Shown: piece after piece, positions 29,891 through 39,024 of the stretch
Layout: each line of letters begins with the position of its first letter
How positions within the stretch are numbered: the first letter of the stretch is position 1
Assembly: GCA_011364925.1 (NCBI GenBank)
Contig: RDOA01000006.1
Coordinates: 52,161 to 116,160 of the forward strand
Reading direction: 5' to 3'
Source of the DNA: Promethearchaeota archaeon
GTDB lineage: Archaea > Asgardarchaeota > Lokiarchaeia > Sigyniarchaeales > SOKP01
Length of the DNA stretch: 64,000 bases
The notes under the pieces: generated by a model
Databases searched by the model: none
What the model was told of the DNA's origin: nothing
The model's input: only the letters and a program-made list of their open reading frames with translations
Translations under genes and position numbers: made by a program

Positions 29891-32800
29891 TTAATCTTCT
29901 GCTCTGGTAAAACTAAATGTTATCGTTTTTATATTTTCCTTACTTAAATTAGCATTACAGTGAGGGCATTTTACTTCTTTAGTTTTTTTCAGTTTAGCTA
30001 AAATATTCTCTTTTAAGGTCGCCAAACATTCTTGGTTGGGGCAAACATACAGTTTTCCATATACATAATCTTTTTCTTCATTCAATTCACTTATGACAAT
30101 ATCTAATTTCTTAGCAGTAACTTTCTCTGATATCGCATCCTTATTCTGGCTAAGAAAACCAGCTAAAGATTTATCTGTTGTACCTAAAGATAATGCTATT
30201 TCTTCTCCTACTTTATAATTGTTATTTTTTCGAGAAAATTGAATGTGTCTGATTAGATCACTAGTTATTCTTTCTGCCAAAAGCTCTTGATCCAGTGTTA
30301 TATCAAGATATATGTTTGCGTATTTTGATTCTGCTTTTAATAAACTCCCTTCTTCCTCAAATGATTTAGCAATTTCAAGATCTTTTACATTTGCCATTTG
30401 TTTTATAATGTCTGGGAACAAAATCTCAGGCATTCCTTCTTTTGGTTCAATTATAATTCTTTTGTTAGGCCAACGTAATCTTATTTTGTTTTCGTCTTTT
30501 ATCGCTCTTACACTCTCTATTAAATCTCTGGTAAAGTCCATTTGTTGTTCCAAATCTAAATCAATCTGATCTTCCTCATAAACAGGCCAATTCTGCAAAT
30601 GGATACTCTGATGATACTCTAAACCCAATAATTTTGCGTTTGATTGGAACATCTTCAAATATATCTCTTCTGTTAACATAGGATTCACTGGAGCTAAGAT
30701 AAGTAAAAATTGGAATAATACCTTAAATAACACAGCCATAATCTGTTCTTTTTGAGGATCGTCTGAATAAATATCCAATTTTTCTCGATTCAACATTATA
30801 TACCATCGACTTACATCATTTACAATAAAATCTCTTAACTCTCCCGTGATCCAAGGTAATTCATACTTATCGGCAAGCTCAGTGACTTTCTTGATGATGG
30901 AATGGGTCCGAGATAGCATCCATTTATCAAGCTTACTTATTCTATTGATATCGTATTTCGATTTTGAGGGATCAAACTCTGCCAATTGAAATTTCTCATT
31001 TGCATATACATAAACATTCCATATGGTATTTAAAATTTTAAATGTATCTGCATATTCCTTTACGCTGAAATTAAAATCTCTTCCTGGTTGGGTTGCACCA
31101 ATTGAATAAAATCTAAAGGTCTCCACTCCCTTGATTTGTGAATATGATTTCTTCTTTTGGAGCTCTTGTATAGTCCCATCAATTATATCCTCAGGATTAA
31201 TTGAACCACCTTTGGATTTACTCATTTTTTGTTTATCACGTAAAACCCATCCATGCATATAGCATGCATGATAATTTTTTCTGTTTGAAGAGAGCATCGC
31301 ACTACTTAAGAGCGCGTTGAACCAACCCCGAATTTGGTCTTTTCCTTCTATGATAAAATCCGCGGGAATCCAAGATTCAAAGTTACTTTCTCCGTCGTAA
31401 GTTTCTTGTGAAGCCCATATCACAGAACCAGAATCTAACCATACATCGGAAATATCGGGGATTCTTTTTTTTGTTCCTCTATTACATTTTTCACATTTCC
31501 AAGTAACTTTGTCAATCCATGGCCGATGCAAGTCATCTGGACATTGACCAGAGATTCTTTTTAATTCCATTGCAGATCCGATTACAGTCACATCTTTACA
31601 TTCTTCATTGTCACAAATCCAAATGCTTAAAGGTATTCCCCAGAATCGTTGTCGTGAGAGACACCAATCTTTTAAAGTGGTTAACCAACTTTTAAACCAC
31701 CTACTTCCTGCCCAATCAGGTATCCAATAGATTTCCTCATTCTTTTTAAGTAAATCATCTTTGAGATCCTCCGTTTTAAAAAACCATTGATTGCTTGCAC
31801 GATATACTAATTTAGAATCACAGCGCCAACAATGGGCATACTCATGTTCTATTTCACTAGTTAGGATTAATGTGCCTTTTTTTTTTAGCAATTCTAGTAT
31901 CTCATTATTTGCATCGAATACAAATTGACCTTCGAATTTACCTGCTTCTTTAGTATAAATTCCTCTAATATTAACAGGATTGAAAACTGGTATGCCATTG
32001 GCAACTCCTACTTCAAAATCTTCGGGACCATGCCCGGGAGCGCTATGTACTAAGCCTACGCCTTCAGATACAGAAACATACTCCTCAGAAAGAATTATTG
32101 TATGTACCTTATTGCTTTCTTTTTCAAGTTCTTTTTGATATGGAACTTCTTCCGCGAGTGGATGAATATATTTCATGCCTTCAAGTTCCTCTCCAACAAT
32201 ATCTTCCACGATTTTGTATTTATATCCTAACTCTCCAGAGATTAAATGAGTAATTGCTGCTTTCGCTAAGATCCAATACTCATTTAAATCCTCTATTTTT
32301 ACTTTGGCATACTCTGCAATCGGATTAGCCATGATTGCTTCATTTGCTACTAAGGTCCACGGGGTAGTTGTCCAAATAATAAAATATGTGTCTTCCATGT
32401 CAGCAGATTTGAACTTTACAAATAGACTGGTATCCACAATATTCTTATAATCATGCTCATGTTTCGCAAGTGCGGTAGCGCATCGAGGACAGCAGTTTAA
32501 AGGTCGATAAAATTGATAAAGTAATCCTTTCTCCCAACTCTTTTTTAAAGTCCACCATATTCCTTCAATGTAACTATTGCGAAAAGTTATGTAGGGATTA
32601 TCCCAATCCCAAAATGAACAGCCAAGCCGCTTAAATTGATTATTCATAATTTCGAGATTTTTAAGAGCAAATTCCTTACAGTCCTTGATAAATTTATCCA
32701 CACCATAGTCGTAAATTTCTTGTTTATTGGCAATTCCTAATTCTTTTTCCATTTGAACTTCTATAGGTAATCCGTGTGTATCATACCCAGGAGTGTCGGT

Positions 32801-33043
32801 TACCCGAAATCCCCTCATTCTTTTGTATTTGATTAGAAAATCTTTTAAAATTTTATTCCACGCGGTCCCTAAATGAATTTCACCAGTTGTATAGGGAGGT
32901 CCATCGATAAACCTCCATACTTCTTTATCTTTTTCTTTTTCTCTGATCAAGGAGTAAATGTTTTCTTTCTCCCATAGATCTAAAATTTTCTCTTCTAACT
33001 TTCGTAAATCTAAGCGTTTATTTAATGTTTCCAAGTAGATCAT
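29891..33043 (-). CDS. ileS: Isoleucine--tRNA ligase, archaeal type
   Basis: DGPPY, HLGT (HIGH), GYDTHGLP, WTTTPWT, SRQRFWG, EGKDQIRGWF, KMSKS. Confidence 0.97.
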   Translation of the reverse strand: MIYLETLNKRLDLRKLEEKILDLWEKENIYSLIREKEKDKEVWRFIDGPPYTTGEIHLGTAWNKILKDFLIKYKRMRGFRVTDTPGYDTHGLPIEVQMEKELGIANKQEIYDYGVDKFIKDCKEFALKNLEIMNNQFKRLGCSFWDWDNPYITFRNSYIEGIWWTLKKSWEKGLLYQFYRPLNCCPRCATALAKHEHDYKNIVDTSLFVKFKSADMEDTYFIIWTTTPWTLVANEAIMANPIAEYAKVKIEDLNEYWILAKAAITHLISGELGYKYKIVEDIVGEELEGMKYIHPLAEEVPYQKELEKESNKVHTIILSEEYVSVSEGVGLVHSAPGHGPEDFEVGVANGIPVFNPVNIRGIYTKEAGKFEGQFVFDANNEILELLKKKGTLILTSEIEHEYAHCWRCDSKLVYRASNQWFFKTEDLKDDLLKKNEEIYWIPDWAGSRWFKSWLTTLKDWCLSRQRFWGIPLSIWICDNEECKDVTVIGSAMELKRISGQCPDDLHRPWIDKVTWKCEKCNRGTKKRIPDISDVWLDSGSVIWASQETYDGESNFESWIPADFIIEGKDQIRGWFNALLSSAMLSSNRKNYHACYMHGWVLRDKQKMSKSKGGSINPEDIIDGTIQELQKKKSYSQIKGVETFRFYSIGATQPGRDFNFSVKEYADTFKILNTIWNVYVYANEKFQLAEFDPSKSKYDINRISKLDKWMLSRTHSIIKKVTELADKYELPWITGELRDFIVNDVSRWYIMLNREKLDIYSDDPQKEQIMAVLFKVLFQFLLILAPVNPMLTEEIYLKMFQSNAKLLGLEYHQSIHLQNWPVYEEDQIDLDLEQQMDFTRDLIESVRAIKDENKIRLRWPNKRIIIEPKEGMPEILFPDIIKQMANVKDLEIAKSFEEEGSLLKAESKYANIYLDITLDQELLAERITSDLIRHIQFSRKNNNYKVGEEIALSLGTTDKSLAGFLSQNKDAISEKVTAKKLDIVISELNEEKDYVYGKLYVCPNQECLATLKENILAKLKKTKEVKCPHCNANLSKENIKTITFSFTRAED

Positions 33044-33173
33044 CTTGTAAAAAATGTGATTGTTAATGATAAGTTAAAAAGCTAAAAAAATTTTTCCAAT
33101 TCTTACAAAGAGAGAGATCTTTAAGTCTGAAAAATGATATATTTTTTGATGAAATTGATGAATTCCCATAATA

Positions 33174-34940
33174 TTAATTTGGCATTAAATCTGGAGGAGG
33201 TGTCTTAAGGCAGAAACCACATTTCCCAAATGATTTTATAGTTTGCTCCCAGCAGTGTTTATGATAACTTCGTTCGCAATAAGGACAATCTGTATGACAT
33301 GTTTCCTCCTCTGATCCTGCTATCTTTAAGCTACAAGTCGGACAACCAATTTTATGGCATATAACGCAAGAAACTACTGACACTTCAAAGATTTTTTTGG
33401 ATATTGCATTAAAAAGGTCTACTAAATAACTAAAAGGAGACCAATCGTCAAAGAAGGATTTAAAAGAAGATTGGAGATCTTGCTTAATCTTTTCATGCGA
33501 TTCTAATTCAAATTCATTAGTGATTTTAATGGAAGGAACAGTCATGGGGTAATCCACTGGTAGATCAATTTGAAATTGGAATATTAAATCTTGTGTTTTC
33601 ATCTTACCTTTCATGTCCACATTCAATATTGAAGTTGATGGATTGTATTCGATCTTCTTATAGTGTTCCTTTAATAGTTCAATTTCAAAGTTAATACGTG
33701 AATTTTTATCTACTAACCACGCAAGTTCTCTGACAATTTCAACGGGTTCCGATTCGCCTTCTGTCCAATTTTTATAAGATTTCAGTTCGGTTAAAGGAGT
33801 CCTAATGATTTCTTGTAAATGGGAAGACAAATTGACTTCTGGGGGTTTAGGATAGGATTCAAGGTTCACATCTAAAAGATATTCTTTAAATCCGTACGTT
33901 ACTAAATGAACTTTTAATTTTGTCATATCATCAGTAACTAAATCACATTGATATTCACCATGGATCTTCTTTGATTCTTGTTCAATATCCTTTATGAAGA
34001 ATAATTTGCCTTCGAGTTCGTGTAGTATATCAACTATATGGGAAGGGTTATTGGGATTCCAAGCTCTTAATACTTCCAAATTTTGATATACATCACCAAT
34101 CAGTTTACGAGCTTCTTCTGGAACATTTATTAAAGGTTGAGAGGGGAAATTTGTAAAATTAATATTGATTATGAATGTTTTCGTAAGTGTAATTGTTATA
34201 TAAATATTTAAATCTCCCCTTTCTTGAGAATTTTGATCGTACGCATATTCCTGTTGAATTAATCCAATTTCTGTGTTTAAAGCTACGCTAGTATTTGAAT
34301 GATCTGCATAGAGTTCCGGTTCGGTTAACTCTGGGGTTTCTTTAGATATATTTTCATTTATTTTAAGAACATCATTTTGTTTTGAAGTCTCGCTCGAATC
34401 CTTTTCATAAGACAAATCTTCAGAGTTCTCAGTAGGAGTTACAAATTGCTCGTACTCAAAATCAGGAGGATACGCACTTAAATCAGGCGTAATATATTTT
34501 ACTTCCTCAGGTTCTTTTTCTAACAATTCTCCATCGCGTTTTGTTGTTTCTAAAGGTTCTTCGACAAGTCGATCGTTGTGCTCAATACGATCTTCCAAAA
34601 TCGTGGTTACCTGCTGATCTATGTCCCTTTCTGAAACATTTAGAGCTTGAAGGATTTTCACTTTTAGTTCTTGAAGTATTTCTAAGACAGATGAATTCTC
34701 AGACCAATCATTTTCTGCTTTTAAATGAATATCGCCTAATAATTCCTTGAATTCTTTATGATAAATTAATTTTGGAGGAGTATCAGGAAAATCTTCAGTG
34801 AATTTGATTTCTAGTTCGTACTTTGCGTCAGGTGTCTCATAAACATATCCAAATAGATGTTCAATATTACCTGAAACCATCCAAAATGAGAACTTCGCAG
34901 CGATTTTCTGAGCTTCCTTTAAAATTCTTTGTTTATCCAT
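33174..34940 (-). CDS. Protein with four E2-like (UBC/UEV/RWD) folds and a C-terminal C4HC3 RING-variant domain; candidate FANCL-like E3 ligase
   Basis: Four [FY]PxxP...W..(S)...L..L repeats, an acidic linker after the first, then CVIC..CPTC..CPYC..HKHC..CGFC. Confidence 0.7.
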   Translation of the reverse strand: MDKQRILKEAQKIAAKFSFWMVSGNIEHLFGYVYETPDAKYELEIKFTEDFPDTPPKLIYHKEFKELLGDIHLKAENDWSENSSVLEILQELKVKILQALNVSERDIDQQVTTILEDRIEHNDRLVEEPLETTKRDGELLEKEPEEVKYITPDLSAYPPDFEYEQFVTPTENSEDLSYEKDSSETSKQNDVLKINENISKETPELTEPELYADHSNTSVALNTEIGLIQQEYAYDQNSQERGDLNIYITITLTKTFIININFTNFPSQPLINVPEEARKLIGDVYQNLEVLRAWNPNNPSHIVDILHELEGKLFFIKDIEQESKKIHGEYQCDLVTDDMTKLKVHLVTYGFKEYLLDVNLESYPKPPEVNLSSHLQEIIRTPLTELKSYKNWTEGESEPVEIVRELAWLVDKNSRINFEIELLKEHYKKIEYNPSTSILNVDMKGKMKTQDLIFQFQIDLPVDYPMTVPSIKITNEFELESHEKIKQDLQSSFKSFFDDWSPFSYLVDLFNAISKKIFEVSVVSCVICHKIGCPTCSLKIAGSEEETCHTDCPYCERSYHKHCWEQTIKSFGKCGFCLKTPPPDLMPN

Positions 34941-35206
34941 CTCGTTTCTTTTATTAAAGTTATTATTCTCTTATAGTAAAACATTAAACTATGCTCTTAA
35001 AAATATTCGCAATAATTACGAAATTCTACATTATTATTATTAATAAAAGCCCAAAAATATATAGAGCAGATTATTTCAAATAAGTATAAAAAGAGAAAAA
35101 TTATTGAAAAATGGAATGGGAAAACAGCAGAAAGAATTCTAGCAATATTAAAAAAAGAATTAATTCTTTAAAACAAATTAAATAAGAAAGGAATTGTGAC
35201 TTGATT

Positions 35207-36181
35207 ATGGACTTTAAAGAAAAAAGAATTCTTATAACTGGCGCAGCAGGATTCATTGGAAGCAATTTAACGGATGATTTGTTAGAAAAAGGTGCTGTAG
35301 TTATTGGTATAGACAATTTATTTAATGGAAGATTAGAGAACCTAAGTGGAGCTTTTAAAAATAGTAATTTCGAATTTCATAAAGGTGATGTTAGAGATTT
35401 AAATTTTTTACTCGATGTTTTCAAAGATGTCGACATAGTTTATCATTTCGCAGCATTTTCGAGTGTCCCTCTTTCCATAGAAATGCCCGCAAATTGTAAC
35501 GATGTCAACGTGAATGGTGTTTTAAATGTATTGAACGCAGCAAGGAAAGAAAATGTAGATAAAATAATCTATTCTTCCAGCTCATCTGTATATGGTGATA
35601 TCTTAGCTCTCCCCGTAAGAGAAGACATGCCTAGAGTACCAATCTCACCATATGGTGCTTCAAAACTCGCATGTGAAGCTTATATGCACGCGTTTCATCA
35701 TGTTTACGGATTAAAAACGATTTCCCTGCGATATTTTAACGTTTTTGGGCCAAGACAAAAAGATTCTCCTTATAGTGGAGTTATTGCCATCTGGTTAGGA
35801 AACATACTTAGAAACGAAGACTTAACGATTAACGGAGACGGAACAATCTCAAGAGATTATACTTATATTAAAGATGTTATTCAAGCTAATTTATTAGCTG
35901 CAGAATACGATACGGGTGGTGAAATCTTCAATATTGGGGCAGAATCTCCAATTTCCTTAACAGATTTGGCTAATTTAATGTTAAAATTAACTAGTAAAAG
36001 TAATTTAAAGATTTATTATTCAGACCCCAGACCAGGCGATATTATTCATAGTTACGCAGACATTACAGCAGCTAAGCAAAAGTTACAATTTGATCCTAAA
36101 TACAATCAAGAGCAAGGATTATTAGATTACTTTAAATGGTATAATTTCACTTATAAAACAAACTTAAAAATATCGCCATAA
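35207..36181 (+). CDS. NDP-sugar 4-epimerase, WbpP-like SDR
   Basis: TGAAGFIG, SVPLS, SSSSVYG, PISPYGASK, RYFNVFGPRQ..SPYSGVI. Confidence 0.88.
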   Translation: MDFKEKRILITGAAGFIGSNLTDDLLEKGAVVIGIDNLFNGRLENLSGAFKNSNFEFHKGDVRDLNFLLDVFKDVDIVYHFAAFSSVPLSIEMPANCNDVNVNGVLNVLNAARKENVDKIIYSSSSSVYGDILALPVREDMPRVPISPYGASKLACEAYMHAFHHVYGLKTISLRYFNVFGPRQKDSPYSGVIAIWLGNILRNEDLTINGDGTISRDYTYIKDVIQANLLAAEYDTGGEIFNIGAESPISLTDLANLMLKLTSKSNLKIYYSDPRPGDIIHSYADITAAKQKLQFDPKYNQEQGLLDYFKWYNFTYKTNLKISP

Positions 36182-36241
36182 TAACAATTCTCGTGGAATT
36201 AATTTGGGAGGAGTATTAATAAAATTATTTTAAAAGCCTTT

Positions 36242-37138
36242 TTAAACTGATCTTAGAAATTTCATTAAACTAGTTACTACTTTTATTTTAAATGGGAGAG
36301 TTTCTAATACTTTATCAGCGAAATCAGAATATTTTCTTAAAAATTTGATAAATTTGTATAATTTAAGTTTATAATATTCTAACTTTATATCCCGTTTCTT
36401 TAAATTGGGGATATCTGTATTTAATCTTCTTAGATAGGCTTTACATCTCGCTAAATAATACTGATACAAAGCAGCATATTCATTTTTTCCTTGAGAAACT
36501 CCTTGTTCATTTTTCCGATAATAATACAACGGTTTGTTTATGAATTTGAAATTCGTCACTTCTTCTAATTTATATATAATATCTCGATCGACAGCAGCTT
36601 TTAATTTTGGATCATAACCAGAGGTATTTTGATATACTTTACGTAAAAATGTTCTAAACATTGAGATTTTATAATTAAAAATACTTGTTTTGGGGGGGAT
36701 AATTTCTCCAACTCTTTTATCAATTTTACAATTTTTCAGTTCGGAATCACACCTATACATTGATGTGTAAATAAAACCACAATCAGGGTTGTCTTTATAC
36801 GCATTTACTATTACTTCAAGAGTTTCCTCATGAATTTTATCATCAGCATCAAGAACACCTATAATATCATTTTGACAGTTGTCCGCACCCATTTTCTTCG
36901 AATATCCAACTCCGAAGTTTTCTTTTAAAGCAATTAATTTAATTCTTTTGTCTTTTAGAAATGACTTAATCACTTTCACAGAGTCATCAGTTGATCCATC
37001 ATCTACTATCACTAATTCCCAGTTTTGGTATGTTTGTGAAATTATACTATTTATAGCTGTCCCTATAAATCTTTCATTATTATAATTCGCAATAAAAACC
37101 GAAAAAGAATAATCTTTAGGTGTTTTATGACTGCTCAT
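36242..37138 (-). CDS. Glycosyltransferase family 2
   Basis: YNNE, VDDGSTD, LDADD, AVD, YYYR. Confidence 0.9.
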   Translation of the reverse strand: MSSHKTPKDYSFSVFIANYNNERFIGTAINSIISQTYQNWELVIVDDGSTDDSVKVIKSFLKDKRIKLIALKENFGVGYSKKMGADNCQNDIIGVLDADDKIHEETLEVIVNAYKDNPDCGFIYTSMYRCDSELKNCKIDKRVGEIIPPKTSIFNYKISMFRTFLRKVYQNTSGYDPKLKAAVDRDIIYKLEEVTNFKFINKPLYYYRKNEQGVSQGKNEYAALYQYYLARCKAYLRRLNTDIPNLKKRDIKLEYYKLKLYKFIKFLRKYSDFADKVLETLPFKIKVVTSLMKFLRSV

Positions 37139-37350
37139 TTATGATATTATATTATGAATTTAGTTTAATAATTTTTATTCAATTTTGGTGAATAATTCAT
37201 AACAGAAACTTAAAAGTTTCAATTACCAGTTTGAATGATGAAAAATGCTAAGTAAGAAGAGGACATCTAAGAAATCGCTAAGTAACCAAAAGATTAAATA
37301 GGATTTATGCTTTAAACCCTTAAATTTAAGAATTTGAACATCCTCAACCT

Positions 37351-39009
37351 ATGCCAGAAGAAACTAGGAAGGAAGAGCCAATGGGGAATCAAGACATCCC
37401 AAAAGAATATGGTTCCTTAGTTAAAAATTCGTTTTTTTCCTTTTTAAATACATATGGAACATTTATATTCTCAATTATCAGTTCCTTTCTTTTGGCTAGG
37501 TTAATTGGTGATGCATCATGGAGCTATTTTGTTTTGGGATTATCGTATATTCAAATAGTTTCCCTAATAATAAGATTCCTTCCACCTAGTTTGAACAATA
37601 CTCTGCAATATTATATTCCAAGATTTTACTCCTTAAGCGAGAATAATAGGTTAAGGAGTTTTATTTTGAGGGCAATTTATATTAAAGTCATCTTTCTTAT
37701 TCCGATCTTTATTATCTCAATTCTAATTTTTACATTATTTGCTAACATTTTCTTAATAAACTTACCAGAAGCAAATCGTAATCTTGTATTTTTATTATCC
37801 CCATTAATCGTAATTACAAATTTACAAGTTATTTTGAATTCAATAAATATCGGATTTAATAGATTTAAAACGGTTTTCATCACTTTTTTAACTCAATATT
37901 TAATCTATATAGCGTTTCTCCTCTACTTTTTCATCTTTTTTCATTATATCGCTTTGGAGGTTCTTGCATTGGTTTATGTATTTTCTACATTAATCCCATT
38001 TTTAATGAATATTCTCATTATTACGAGAACTGTATATAAGATTAAAATCTCGAGAAAAAGTAACACATCGTTAAAGCAGGATTTCCGAGAAATGGTAAGA
38101 TATGGCGGCCTTGCAAGAACAGCAACATTTTTTACAGAAATTTGGGCAGAACTTCAGGTTCAATCAATAGGAGTCTTTAGACCAGAAAGTGTTTTAGGTT
38201 TTAAAATATCGAGAGATTTACTTTCTGTATCCGTAAACGCTTCAACTGCAATAGCAAATCCGTTAACGGTCTCTTTCACTAGTTTTATTGCAAAAGAAAA
38301 AAAAGAGAATATCACCATGGCTTATAACCTTATAATTAAATATCTAGTTTTTTTTATGGAAATACTGACGGGTCTATTGTTTTTTTTTGCTGATTTTTTT
38401 ATCATCTTAATATATGGTGAATCGAGACTCATCTATTCTGATATTGTAAAATTATACCTATTTACATTTATATTTCTAATTGTATCGAGTCCTATTGTTT
38501 CCTTATTATTGGCTGAAAATAAAGGAAAGTCTTTAGTACTAGTCAAATTTATCGGTTTTTTACTACAATTTCCTTTGTTTTTGATTTTACTGATTTTTTT
38601 AAATCTTTATTACGCGATTTTTGGAATTATAGTTAGTAATTTATTATTTAGTGTTTTATATTTGTATGTAACTATTAAAATTGGAAATATTAAGCTAAAT
38701 ATAAAAAAAATTGGCTTACAGTATTTAATATTTTTCTTTTCTTTGGGGCTAACCCTTATTTTAGATTACTTTCTCTTAGATAACTTGAATAAATTGGTTC
38801 TACTAAGTTTAAACCTTAAATTCTTTAGCTCTCTAAATATATTCAGTATACTTGTCTTTTTACTTGTTTTTATGTTTTTAGTAATACAATTTCGAGTTCT
38901 AACAGTTGGAGATATCAATAACCTTCAATCTTTTCTTTCTAAAAAAAGCTTAATGCATAAAATCACCAATAGGATACTAAATTTATCAAAAAGAATTCTA
39001 AAAGATTAA
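37351..39009 (+). CDS. Oligosaccharide flippase (MOP/Wzx-like)
   Basis: Multi-TM protein, LVKNS...LARL, FLPPSL shared with 16501..18153. Confidence 0.8.
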   Translation: MPEETRKEEPMGNQDIPKEYGSLVKNSFFSFLNTYGTFIFSIISSFLLARLIGDASWSYFVLGLSYIQIVSLIIRFLPPSLNNTLQYYIPRFYSLSENNRLRSFILRAIYIKVIFLIPIFIISILIFTLFANIFLINLPEANRNLVFLLSPLIVITNLQVILNSINIGFNRFKTVFITFLTQYLIYIAFLLYFFIFFHYIALEVLALVYVFSTLIPFLMNILIITRTVYKIKISRKSNTSLKQDFREMVRYGGLARTATFFTEIWAELQVQSIGVFRPESVLGFKISRDLLSVSVNASTAIANPLTVSFTSFIAKEKKENITMAYNLIIKYLVFFMEILTGLLFFFADFFIILIYGESRLIYSDIVKLYLFTFIFLIVSSPIVSLLLAENKGKSLVLVKFIGFLLQFPLFLILLIFLNLYYAIFGIIVSNLLFSVLYLYVTIKIGNIKLNIKKIGLQYLIFFFSLGLTLILDYFLLDNLNKLVLLSLNLKFFSSLNIFSILVFLLVFMFLVIQFRVLTVGDINNLQSFLSKKSLMHKITNRILNLSKRILKD

Positions 39010-39024
39010 GAAAATTTTAAGAAT

